A stretch of DNA of 64,000 nucleotides, taken from the sequence record NC_048747.1; one strand, given 5' to 3'. Position 1 is the first letter of the stretch; every line of letters starts with the position of its first letter. The notes below the pieces were generated by a model. That model was not told the DNA's origin. It ran no database searches and saw nothing but the letters and a program-made list of their open reading frames with translations. The translations under genes were made by a program, and so were the position numbers. Below are positions 7,172-15,895 of this stretch, one piece after another.

Positions 7172-8410
7172 TTACAGTAGTGAAGCTGTACGTACTTGTT
7201 TAATGATGCGCAGACGGTTGTATAGAACCGATACTGCTTCGTTAATCACGGAACCTTCAATAGTACCAATCGTACCCAGAACATCTTCAGTAGACTGTTT
7301 AGGGAACAACAACGCAGTAACATGTTTACGAAGCTCTTGCTTGGACATGTCCCACGTCACTTTGGTGGTTGGGGTAGCGTAGTCCTCACCTTCTTTCTTC
7401 GGTGCAAACAACAAGAACTCAACTTTGTCACCCGTGCGTTCAAGCGGTACGAATGTTAGCGTGTTGTACACGTAGCCAGAACCGATAGTATCGAATTCAA
7501 ATCCACGGAAGATCTCGATGCTCACATCAGATTGATAGATGTGGAATTCATTGATGTTTAGTCGAGGTGCGTAAAGACTACGGTCTGACGGTGCAAAGCG
7601 ACCAACTCGTAGCGAGTTACACACAATGTGGCTATTTTTGATCATCGCGTTGCTAATATGAGAGTATTTATCAACGCTAACATGAGAGTCGTTGATAAAC
7701 GTTTCTTCGATATTACCAGGGATTCTGACGTAAGAATTTTCAATGTGAGTTTTGTTAACACGGCTGGCTTCAAACTTAAACCCGTTGAAACTTACTTCAG
7801 AGTCAAAGATGGAATAAAGTTCTACTTCTCCACGACGATAATCAGGACCAATCAAAACCGAGTTTTGGATATGATCAATTTTACCTTCAACTGAAACAAG
7901 TATTGAAGTGCCTTCATCATACGTGTCAGAGTAGTCGATACGATCTAATTCCACTTCAGAGTTGTAGACGATCAAAGTGCGAGGTCTAGCGTCCACAGGA
8001 TTATCAATAGTGCTTAGGTAAGCCGGACGAGGTCGCTCCATTTCAAACTTGATGCTAGAAGATTTATCCAGCCAAATAACAAGACCTGCACCCATCTCGA
8101 TTGGATAAAAATCAACCTCTTCTAACTTAGGTTCAGGTAAGTCATGGTCAAAGAACCCACGACTTTGTGAGGTACCATTTAACTTGCGTTTTAAGTCGCT
8201 GTAACGGTATGAGCCACGACTCATTAGTAGGTCGGATAATTTCTTTGAAGGGCCGGTTTCGTCGATCATGATGACGTTACCTTTCTTATCCACGACGCCG
8301 CCTTTGAGTGTACTGACGTGCATTTTTGCTTCTTCTTTCACTACCGGAGCTTCTGCTGCCGCTGGAACTTCAGGAGTTTCTACTTTGGTAGCTTTCTTGT
8401 TGTTAGCCAT
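7172..8410 (-). CDS. Hypothetical protein with beta-helix-like I-x-N/D-S repeats
   Basis: 412 aa; IQNSVL, IFDSEV, IENSYV, INDSHV, IKNSHI repeats. Confidence 0.65.
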   Translation of the reverse strand: MANNKKATKVETPEVPAAAEAPVVKEEAKMHVSTLKGGVVDKKGNVIMIDETGPSKKLSDLLMSRGSYRYSDLKRKLNGTSQSRGFFDHDLPEPKLEEVDFYPIEMGAGLVIWLDKSSSIKFEMERPRPAYLSTIDNPVDARPRTLIVYNSEVELDRIDYSDTYDEGTSILVSVEGKIDHIQNSVLIGPDYRRGEVELYSIFDSEVSFNGFKFEASRVNKTHIENSYVRIPGNIEETFINDSHVSVDKYSHISNAMIKNSHIVCNSLRVGRFAPSDRSLYAPRLNINEFHIYQSDVSIEIFRGFEFDTIGSGYVYNTLTFVPLERTGDKVEFLLFAPKKEGEDYATPTTKVTWDMSKQELRKHVTALLFPKQSTEDVLGTIGTIEGSVINEAVSVLYNRLRIIKQVRTASLL

Positions 8411-8443
8411 TATGTTGTCTTCCTTTTTCTTTAGATGGAGGGA

Positions 8444-8752
8444 TTAGTTGTTAAAAAGATGACCAGCGAGTTGATGATCTTTCTTATTAAAATTGATGTC
8501 ACCGTTAGGTTTTAAACAAACAACAAAATGGTGATCGTTTAGTTTCAACATTTCGGTGTTGCTCGTCGAGATAGAAGTTACGTCTTCCAGCTCAGACAGC
8601 ACAACTTGTTCGTTGTTCAACTTAGTGTAGTAAGTCACTTGATATTTCTCAACGGAGTGGATGCGAGACTTAGGGAAAGCCTTTAGCTTGTCTTCAATCT
8701 CCTTTCCGGTTAATTCACCGATGTGGACAGTCACTAAGTAAATTTGTTCCAT
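8444..8752 (-). CDS. Hypothetical protein
   Basis: 102 aa ORF with GAGG RBS. Confidence 0.7.
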   Translation of the reverse strand: MEQIYLVTVHIGELTGKEIEDKLKAFPKSRIHSVEKYQVTYYTKLNNEQVVLSELEDVTSISTSNTEMLKLNDHHFVVCLKPNGDINFNKKDHQLAGHLFNN

Positions 8753-8782
8753 TGTGTTTTCCTCTTGATGGTAAGGAGGGCG

Positions 8783-10747
8783 CTATAAACGCCCTTGTAG
8801 CTCTTTTAAAATATCACTGACTGTGAGTTCCGGATGAACGCTAATGTTCAACACAGGGATCCCCAGTTCGTTTGCGGTGGTCTCTTTATGTTTGGTAGGA
8901 AACTCACCTAACACCACTGCTTTAGTTTTGGAAGTGACTCGATCACCTACATCAAACCCGTGGGTTAATAACCCTTCCTCAATCGCTTTACGACGGATAG
9001 GGAACTTACCGGTCACCACAATTGGGATTAAGGTATCTGGAACTTCCGTAACTTCAAATTCCAACAGCTCTAATAGTGTCTCGATAGTAGCACGGTTCTC
9101 CTTAACGTAACTCGCTACGTTCATAGCAATACCCCAACCGATATCAGGGATTTCCATCAACCCGTCAGAGTCCTCCATGAACTGAATGAACTCCTCTTTA
9201 GACTTAATGTGTGCAGCTAAGTCTCGCGCAGTGCCTTTACCAACTCCATTGATACCTAAAGCGGTAATAAAGCGAGCAAAGGAAGTCTTACGACACTTAT
9301 CAATTTCGTCTAAGAGTTTCAACTCATTCTTACTCAACGGAGTGTTTTGAGTTAAATCACGAAGATGGAAGAAATCTACAAACGTGTTTAACAAACCCAG
9401 TTGGTTAAAACGACTAATAGAAGCTGGCCCCAATCCACGGATATTCATCGCGTGTGTGCTACCAAAGTTATACAAACGACCTAAAGTCTGTGCGGGACAC
9501 TTAGCGTGGTTAGTGCAAGTCAGGAAGATTTGTTCTTGATCACCACCTTCATAACGCAACGGTTCGTCACACGCAGGACAGTTCTTAGGCGGTTTACACT
9601 GACGACCTTTTCCTACTTTCTCTACTTCAAAGAACTGAGGGATGATGTCGCCCGCCATACCGACTTTGATTATAGAACCTACTCGAAGACCTTCTGCTTC
9701 TCTTTGGAAAGTACGGTAGTTATGTAAAGTAGCGCGACGCACCGTCACTCCCGCGATAGGTACAGGTGAGAACGTAGCCACAGGTGTTATTGTTCCAGTA
9801 CGACCTGTTTCCCAAATTACATCTTCTAACTTAGGAGACTCGAATAACGTAGGGAATTTGTAAGCAGTTGCCCAACGAGGATGGTGATTGGTTTCCCCTA
9901 ATTCTTTACGGCGCTCATGATTACGCACTTTAGCGACGATACCATCTACGGCAAAGGGAAGGTGTGTAGGACGTTCTACGGTAATGCCGTCGACACGATA
10001 ATCTTGGCTGGTACTAAATCCTAACTTGCGCAACGCCATCATGGTGTCATCATAACCGCTCTTAATAGCACGAGGGAACGAATGCGCGACGAACGTTAAG
10101 GAACCCTTAACTAACTCTTTCAGGCTACGGTTACGGGTGATTCCAGAAGCTGCGTGACGAGGAGTCACATAAGGGGTAGGAACCAAGTCATTCAGTTCTT
10201 CGAACAACTTAGTTTCTATTACACCTTCGCCGTCAATGATGATCTTTTTGCCTTCTGTGAAATCTTCCGGTAACTCTTCAGGGATGTTGGCATAGTTATC
10301 AACGTTCTCAGTCACGTCTTCACCAATCAAGCCAGTCCCGCGGGTGAGTAGTTGAGACAACTTACCGTCTTCATAAACCAAGCGCAATGCAATGCCGTCG
10401 AACTTCCATTCCAACGCAATATCGTCTTGGTCTTGTTCAGGGAGTTTAGCTTTCCATTCCTCATAAGCTTCTGGAGTAAACACGTTATCCAGCGATAACA
10501 TTGGAGGTTCATGCGGTACCTTCTGGAATTCCGTACCAGTGGTGTCGATAGGAACCGCTTTGCCTTTAAACACGTCTGTTTCTTCTGTAAGCAACTCAGG
10601 GTGTTCATTTACGATCTGGTTGTATTCTTGAACCAGTAAGTCATAATCAGCGTCACTGATCTCACTACGGTCTTCTCGGTAATATACACCGGCATGGTAC
10701 CGGATTTGTTTTACCAAGGTTTCCAGTCTAGTTTTAAATAGACTCAT
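8783..10747 (-). CDS. ligA: NAD+-dependent DNA ligase
   Basis: KFDG adenylation motif, MLSLDN, TRGTG, DGIVAKV, PRWATAYKF, TGRTG, ATLHN, Cys4 Zn finger, C-terminal BRCT (IVVTGKF). Confidence 0.97.
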   Translation of the reverse strand: MSLFKTRLETLVKQIRYHAGVYYREDRSEISDADYDLLVQEYNQIVNEHPELLTEETDVFKGKAVPIDTTGTEFQKVPHEPPMLSLDNVFTPEAYEEWKAKLPEQDQDDIALEWKFDGIALRLVYEDGKLSQLLTRGTGLIGEDVTENVDNYANIPEELPEDFTEGKKIIIDGEGVIETKLFEELNDLVPTPYVTPRHAASGITRNRSLKELVKGSLTFVAHSFPRAIKSGYDDTMMALRKLGFSTSQDYRVDGITVERPTHLPFAVDGIVAKVRNHERRKELGETNHHPRWATAYKFPTLFESPKLEDVIWETGRTGTITPVATFSPVPIAGVTVRRATLHNYRTFQREAEGLRVGSIIKVGMAGDIIPQFFEVEKVGKGRQCKPPKNCPACDEPLRYEGGDQEQIFLTCTNHAKCPAQTLGRLYNFGSTHAMNIRGLGPASISRFNQLGLLNTFVDFFHLRDLTQNTPLSKNELKLLDEIDKCRKTSFARFITALGINGVGKGTARDLAAHIKSKEEFIQFMEDSDGLMEIPDIGWGIAMNVASYVKENRATIETLLELLEFEVTEVPDTLIPIVVTGKFPIRRKAIEEGLLTHGFDVGDRVTSKTKAVVLGEFPTKHKETTANELGIPVLNISVHPELTVSDILKELQGRL

Positions 10748-11378
10748 GTTTAGCTCCTAACAATAAGGTTAATAAATGTTCTTTAAATTCAGGGAAGCTG
10801 GCAAAGGTACGGAAGTGTATGTACTCCGGTACGGTGTGTTCCCCTACACACTGAATAACGTTTTGGTTAAAACTTAGTTCCTTAGCACGATCGATTCCGT
10901 GATAAGGATTATCGTCTACTATAATGAAGTCACGCGCATATAGGTTTTCTAAGTAAGTTAACTTACAAGGATGAACTCCAGAATCCAAACAATGGATCTC
11001 TTCGAATAAATCCAGTGCTTTGGTATTCAACCACTCTGCGGTCAGAGACTCACCTCGGTCCGACCAACCACGGTGGGTACATATGCTGAACGTGTGACCA
11101 AGTTCCTTCAAGGACATGATCAATGCACAAAATTCTTCATAGTGGTTCTTAATCCACTCCGCCACACCAGACTTCAACATAAACTGTTCACCCTTTAGGA
11201 TTTGTTCATAGATGTCGTCTTGCAACTCGCTGGAAGCGTTGATGTAAGCATGACCAAGCTGGTCACATTCAATCATGGCTTGGAGGTTCGCTTCAGTCGT
11301 GGGGTTTAAGTTATCTCGGATGAAAGCGTGGGTTGCTGTTAGTGTGTCGTCCATATCAAAGGCAATGTGTTTATGCAT
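10734..11378 (-). CDS. HAD-superfamily phosphatase, 5'(3')-deoxyribonucleotidase-like
   Basis: Motif I FDMDDTL, motif II CTHRG, motif III K in PCK, motif IV VDDNP. Confidence 0.75.
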   Translation of the reverse strand: MHKHIAFDMDDTLTATHAFIRDNLNPTTEANLQAMIECDQLGHAYINASSELQDDIYEQILKGEQFMLKSGVAEWIKNHYEEFCALIMSLKELGHTFSICTHRGWSDRGESLTAEWLNTKALDLFEEIHCLDSGVHPCKLTYLENLYARDFIIVDDNPYHGIDRAKELSFNQNVIQCVGEHTVPEYIHFRTFASFPEFKEHLLTLLLGAKHESI

Positions 11379-11389
11379 TGGTGATGTTC

Positions 11390-11839
11390 CTAATTAGTTA
11401 GTTTTAAATGTTCTACGTCGTTGTTAAAACGGTAAAGGTCTCCACGTAACCATGAGTTCCCTTCTTTGTTTCCTTGTTCCCTAAAAGCTTCCATTAACTC
11501 TTTGGTCATCTCAATGAATTTTTCAAGGTAACTGGGATCAAGGTTTTCTATTTCCGTGTTCGGTTTCTGTATTGTGGTGAGTAATTCATCGATAGCATAA
11601 TCTACCGGTGAGTCTGGTAAATTATCCTTCCAGTCAGTTTGGTGGACTAGCTGGATATAACCTTGGTTAAATATACAACCGTCTAACGCAAACTCGAATT
11701 CATCCCCCACTACCAATACGGCTTGAAAGGGATCGTAACGTAAAGACAACTTAGATTTAAGTCGATAGCCTTCATTGGAGAAAAACCCTTCAGTGTCTAA
11801 TAAAGGGATGGCGTTTTCTAAAAGCTCTTTATTATTCAT
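11390..11839 (-). CDS. Hypothetical protein
   Basis: 149 aa ORF in the same operon direction. Confidence 0.7.
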   Translation of the reverse strand: MNNKELLENAIPLLDTEGFFSNEGYRLKSKLSLRYDPFQAVLVVGDEFEFALDGCIFNQGYIQLVHQTDWKDNLPDSPVDYAIDELLTTIQKPNTEIENLDPSYLEKFIEMTKELMEAFREQGNKEGNSWLRGDLYRFNNDVEHLKLTN

Positions 11840-11861
11840 GGACTTTCTCTTAAATAAAGAA

Positions 11862-11893
11862 GGTCTGTGAGATGGACAACCACCCCACAGACC
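11862..11893. terminator. Intergenic hairpin
   Basis: GGTCTGTG/CACAGACC stem with a long loop. Confidence 0.4.
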
Positions 11894-11902
11894 GTTACTT
11901 AA

Positions 11903-12178
11903 TTAGTGTATAACCGAAATGATGTTGTGAATCGATTCCGCAACTCGGTTATCGTCCCAACATCCACCTTGGGCAAAGGTGCTGATGGCGCGCTCGTTAC
12001 TCAACCCGAAGGTTACAAATCCTTGGTTGATTTCGTTAACGTACACCGATGCTTGCAAGTGGTTATGTGTTTTAGTGAATTCCACACGGATGTTTTCGTT
12101 ACCGTTAGGATCACAATGAATGACACCATTGGCGTCGTATGTGCCTGTTAGACACACTGGTTCTCTCGTGTTCGACAT
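11903..12178 (-). CDS. Hypothetical early protein
   Basis: ORF track 11903..12220; AAGGAAG RBS favours the MSNTREP start at 12178. Confidence 0.65.
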   Translation of the reverse strand: MSNTREPVCLTGTYDANGVIHCDPNGNENIRVEFTKTHNHLQASVYVNEINQGFVTFGLSNERAISTFAQGGCWDDNRVAESIHNIISVIH

Positions 12179-12249
12179 GATTAAACTTCCTTTAAAAACT
12201 GAGTGTCTATAAAAGTGCATTAGTTGTTACGAATCACTAAGGACACCCA

Positions 12250-12263
12250 GATAATATAGATTT
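12250..12263 (-). promoter_or_regulatory. Putative early promoter
   Basis: Minus strand AAATCTATATTATC, identical to the 14-mer at 44554-44567. Confidence 0.6.
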
Positions 12264-12267
12264 AAAT

Positions 12268-14745
12268 TTATTTGAACTTGGCGTTACGGTTCGCGTCTTC
12301 CGGAACGGTAATGCCTTCTGAATTTAACGCCACGACGTTAGCACCTTTGAACATACTGATGTGAGTGAAGAAGTGTGACACCATGAGTATTTGGTTCACA
12401 TCACCGTTAGTCGATATGCTTAAGATGTAGTCAAACAAACGTTGTTGGTGGTACGTATCAAGTTTCACGCCAACTTCATCCAAAACTAATGGGAATCGGT
12501 TGCGGGACTGATAACGCATCAGCACCATACGGAAAGCGAGGTTGATGATGTCTTGTTCCCCACCCGAGCAATCACTAACGTCCTTAGAAGGTTTTCCATC
12601 TATGGAGTTAATGACTGGGAAACGGTACGACAACTCCCCTTTGTTATTGACACACGGCAATACATAAAGCGGGGTGGTAAATACCTCACGTATGACGGCA
12701 TTCATATTTCCCACTAATGCCTTAATAAAGTCTTCCATCAATTTAGCGATCATACCCTTATTAGGACAAATCGAATCTTGTAATAATTGGAGTTTCTCTC
12801 GACGATCTTCCAAACGAACGATATCTTGTTCGATGGACTCAATCACGGACTCCGTACTACGACCCCGAATCAACATCTGCATGTGTTGATCTTTTGCGGG
12901 GATCCACTCATTGATTGCATTATTAGTAGCTTGCTGTAAAATGAACTTACCTTGTTCTCTGAACGAATCCATAATGTGTTCGCCCAATGCACTCAGTAAA
13001 TCTATTTTGGTGTCTCTAGTTCGCATCTCCTCCAGTTTATATTCAACTTGCTCGAGCTTTTCGTTGAAGCGACGTAGCGATTCTTGTTCACTTGCCAACA
13101 ACGATTCGTGCTCTGTTAATTGACGCCCCAGTTCAGAAATATCATTTCTTCTTAGAGTGTCTATTCGAATAGACAACGATTGAATCTCAGATTCATGCTG
13201 TTTTATAAGGTCACGCTTCTCACGATACAGTACCGTCATTTTGATACCATTGATCACTGGGTCTGCGTCAACGTAACCTACTTTGTGTTCTTTAAGGATG
13301 TTTAACAACGTATGGTTGTCATCATCCAAATAGCGGGTGGTGGACACTACCTTAGACAAAGAGCTGTAGAATTCTTCATCTAAAGAGAGTTTTTGTTTCA
13401 AACGGTTACGTTCTTCCACTACACGTTTTAGTTGTTCTGTTAATCGAACTAGTTCAGCTCGCTTGTGTTCTACGTCCTTGACATCAAACCCTGGCTTAAA
13501 CTCGTGCTCACACTCAGGACACTTCATATCTTCAGTCATGTCAAAGTGTTTCAAAGCGTGACGGAGTTCTTCGACTTGGTATTTAAGATTACGACCTTGA
13601 GAATTGATTTCTTCTAATCGTTCTTCCCAAAGACGATAATCCATTAATGTAACTTGAGGGTTACTCGCCAAAGTGACGTGTTCCAGTACACTCACCAATT
13701 GACCAGAGCTACGAGCTATTAAGTCCACTACGTCGTCGCTGATTTCACCAAAGGTTTGATAAACAATACGTTGAGCATCGTTTGCACTGACACTATCTTG
13801 TTGATGCAGCGATTGTAGTTGTTGTCGCTGTTCCTCCAATACTTCTGGAGTTTCAGTGATGTAGTTAACACCACTTAGAGTTTCCATTAAGTCAGCGATC
13901 TTAGAACGACGCACGGTGATCTGCGTGTTCATTTTGGTCATGATGCGTTTGTACTGTAGTGTTTGCTGTTCTAGTTCTTCTGACGTTTGTATGGAAGTAA
14001 CTGAACCTACTACGAGCTCTTTAGTGGTTTTAACGAAGCGGCGGATATCTCGGTTAAGTTCTTCGTCCATAGGAACTACATTAGATAACGCACCGGACAA
14101 CACCATGGCTTCTTTGATACGTCCATCGAGTTGTTCGATTTCTTGTTCGAGTTGCTCAACACTTTTACCCATCAATTGTTCTTTGCGCTGATTTTCTTCA
14201 GCTAAGCGATGGTGTTGGTTTTTAATAGCACCTATGCAGTTACGTAACTCGGCTTTGATTTTATTGTAGACACCGACCGCGTAACGAGTATCGTTAGGGT
14301 ACATATCCATGATGATTTGCTTTCTTGCCGCAGTAGATAAAGCAGTGAACAAATCATTTACCTTGAGTCCCGTGAGGTATTTGACTAATGATGGAGTTAA
14401 ACCAAAGTACTCTTTACACAAATCTTTTTGTACGGTTAGTGTACCGCCTGTGTTGAGTTCTTCCACACCGTTCTTTTTAAAGGAATGTTTGGAACTTGAA
14501 CCGGTGTGAGATTCTAAGATATAGAACTCTTGTTCACTGACCACCCACTTAACGTATTTGTACCCACCTTTGGCGTAGTCCGCATTATCTGGTGGGAGTG
14601 GGTGGCACTCTTTTAATATACTGGTTTTACCGAAACCATTTCTTCCCATGAAGATGTTTACAAGGTCGCTGAACACTAACTCGACAGAACGCGTGCCTTT
14701 GGTCAGCAACCCTGTATTATTCTTTAAACGTAATTCTGTGATCAT
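12268..14745 (-). CDS. sbcC: SbcC/Rad50-like SMC ATPase
   Basis: Walker A GRNGFGKTS, long coiled coil, CPEC zinc hook, CSGGE signature, Walker B LVLDE, SH motif. Confidence 0.9.
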   Translation of the reverse strand: MITELRLKNNTGLLTKGTRSVELVFSDLVNIFMGRNGFGKTSILKECHPLPPDNADYAKGGYKYVKWVVSEQEFYILESHTGSSSKHSFKKNGVEELNTGGTLTVQKDLCKEYFGLTPSLVKYLTGLKVNDLFTALSTAARKQIIMDMYPNDTRYAVGVYNKIKAELRNCIGAIKNQHHRLAEENQRKEQLMGKSVEQLEQEIEQLDGRIKEAMVLSGALSNVVPMDEELNRDIRRFVKTTKELVVGSVTSIQTSEELEQQTLQYKRIMTKMNTQITVRRSKIADLMETLSGVNYITETPEVLEEQRQQLQSLHQQDSVSANDAQRIVYQTFGEISDDVVDLIARSSGQLVSVLEHVTLASNPQVTLMDYRLWEERLEEINSQGRNLKYQVEELRHALKHFDMTEDMKCPECEHEFKPGFDVKDVEHKRAELVRLTEQLKRVVEERNRLKQKLSLDEEFYSSLSKVVSTTRYLDDDNHTLLNILKEHKVGYVDADPVINGIKMTVLYREKRDLIKQHESEIQSLSIRIDTLRRNDISELGRQLTEHESLLASEQESLRRFNEKLEQVEYKLEEMRTRDTKIDLLSALGEHIMDSFREQGKFILQQATNNAINEWIPAKDQHMQMLIRGRSTESVIESIEQDIVRLEDRREKLQLLQDSICPNKGMIAKLMEDFIKALVGNMNAVIREVFTTPLYVLPCVNNKGELSYRFPVINSIDGKPSKDVSDCSGGEQDIINLAFRMVLMRYQSRNRFPLVLDEVGVKLDTYHQQRLFDYILSISTNGDVNQILMVSHFFTHISMFKGANVVALNSEGITVPEDANRNAKFK

Positions 14746-14790
14746 AATTAACTCAATTAATTTACCCTACTTATCTATAGGACACCATGT

Positions 14791-15843
14791 ATGAATTTAC
14801 TTAATTTCATCGGTGTGGGGACAGTTTTAGAAAACAAACCTGAGAATTCATATTTCATTAAGGTCACTAACAAAGCTGAATTTCCACAAAGTGATGGTGC
14901 CGGGCTAGCTAACGCCCAAGCCGTCAGTAGCTCCAACCCCACAGGTGAAAGCGGTTACCAGACCAGCAAAGGTTTACGCGCTAACTTTTACACCGCTAAG
15001 TGGATGCCGTTTACCCCTAACCGTTTAACCGCACCTGACGTTCGCGTGGGGTCTAAGGTTGCACTCTACAAGTTTAATGATGACGACCAACTTTATTGGA
15101 CTACGTGGGGGATAGGGAATGAAAGCTTCCGATTAGAACACGTACTGTACGCTTGGAATGCGAACCCCCATACTGACCGTAATGCACCGTTCAGTTTCGA
15201 GGACTACTACACATTGGTTTTCTCTACTCGTCACCAAGAAGTCGTGTTCAAGACCACTCAGGCTAACAAAGAACCGGTTGCATACCGATTAGGATTCAAT
15301 ACCCGCAACGGCACATGGGCTTTAACCGATACTGAGAAAAACGCCTTTGCTTTAGATTCATTGAAACATTCCTGGGTGATGCGTAACCGTGAAGGTTCTA
15401 TCTTTAACATCAACCGCAAAGACATTTCTTTGATCAACAAGGGGACTCAATTATTTGATGCCGCTAAATCGATCAACATGAAGACAGACAAGTTCTTTGT
15501 GAAGTGTAATGACTTTGTCATGAACTCAGGTACGATGCAAGTCACTACCGACTCCCTAACTATGGAAGCTAAGACAACCGATTGGAAAGGTGACGCTATT
15601 AACATAGTGTGTCCTACAACCTCTATCAAAGGTAACGTGGGCATTCAGGGTAACCTAGGTGTAGCGGGTGGTATGAGTTGTAAAGCAGGTCCTGGGGGTA
15701 GCGGTGGCACGTTAGCGACCTCTGGTGGTATTAAAGCAGAAGACGTCGTAGAGTCCGATGTGGATGTCGTTGCTGCGGGTGTTTCGTTAAAGAACCACAA
15801 ACACACAGGTAATAAGGGAGCTCCAACTTCCCCACCAATCTAA
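14791..15843 (+). CDS. Baseplate central spike protein (gpV/gp138-like; phiKZ gp164 position)
   Basis: N-terminal OB-like region, beta-helix repeats, C-terminal VSLKNHKHTG HxH apex; divergent from sbcC. Confidence 0.75.
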   Translation: MNLLNFIGVGTVLENKPENSYFIKVTNKAEFPQSDGAGLANAQAVSSSNPTGESGYQTSKGLRANFYTAKWMPFTPNRLTAPDVRVGSKVALYKFNDDDQLYWTTWGIGNESFRLEHVLYAWNANPHTDRNAPFSFEDYYTLVFSTRHQEVVFKTTQANKEPVAYRLGFNTRNGTWALTDTEKNAFALDSLKHSWVMRNREGSIFNINRKDISLINKGTQLFDAAKSINMKTDKFFVKCNDFVMNSGTMQVTTDSLTMEAKTTDWKGDAINIVCPTTSIKGNVGIQGNLGVAGGMSCKAGPGGSGGTLATSGGIKAEDVVESDVDVVAAGVSLKNHKHTGNKGAPTSPPI

Positions 15844-15851
15844 AAGTAAAT

Positions 15852-15885
15852 ATAACTCCTACTCCTTTGCGGGAGTAGGAGTTAT
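15852..15885. terminator. Bidirectional terminator hairpin, CCTAC family
   Basis: 14-bp perfect stem ATAACTCCTACTCC/GGAGTAGGAGTTAT between convergent genes. Confidence 0.75.
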
Positions 15886-15895
15886 TATTCGTTTC

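Noticed and set aside
12268-14745. SbcC without an adjacent SbcD as an anomaly
   Set aside because: Split SbcC/SbcD placement is usual in phiKZ-like genomes; the partner is probably outside the window
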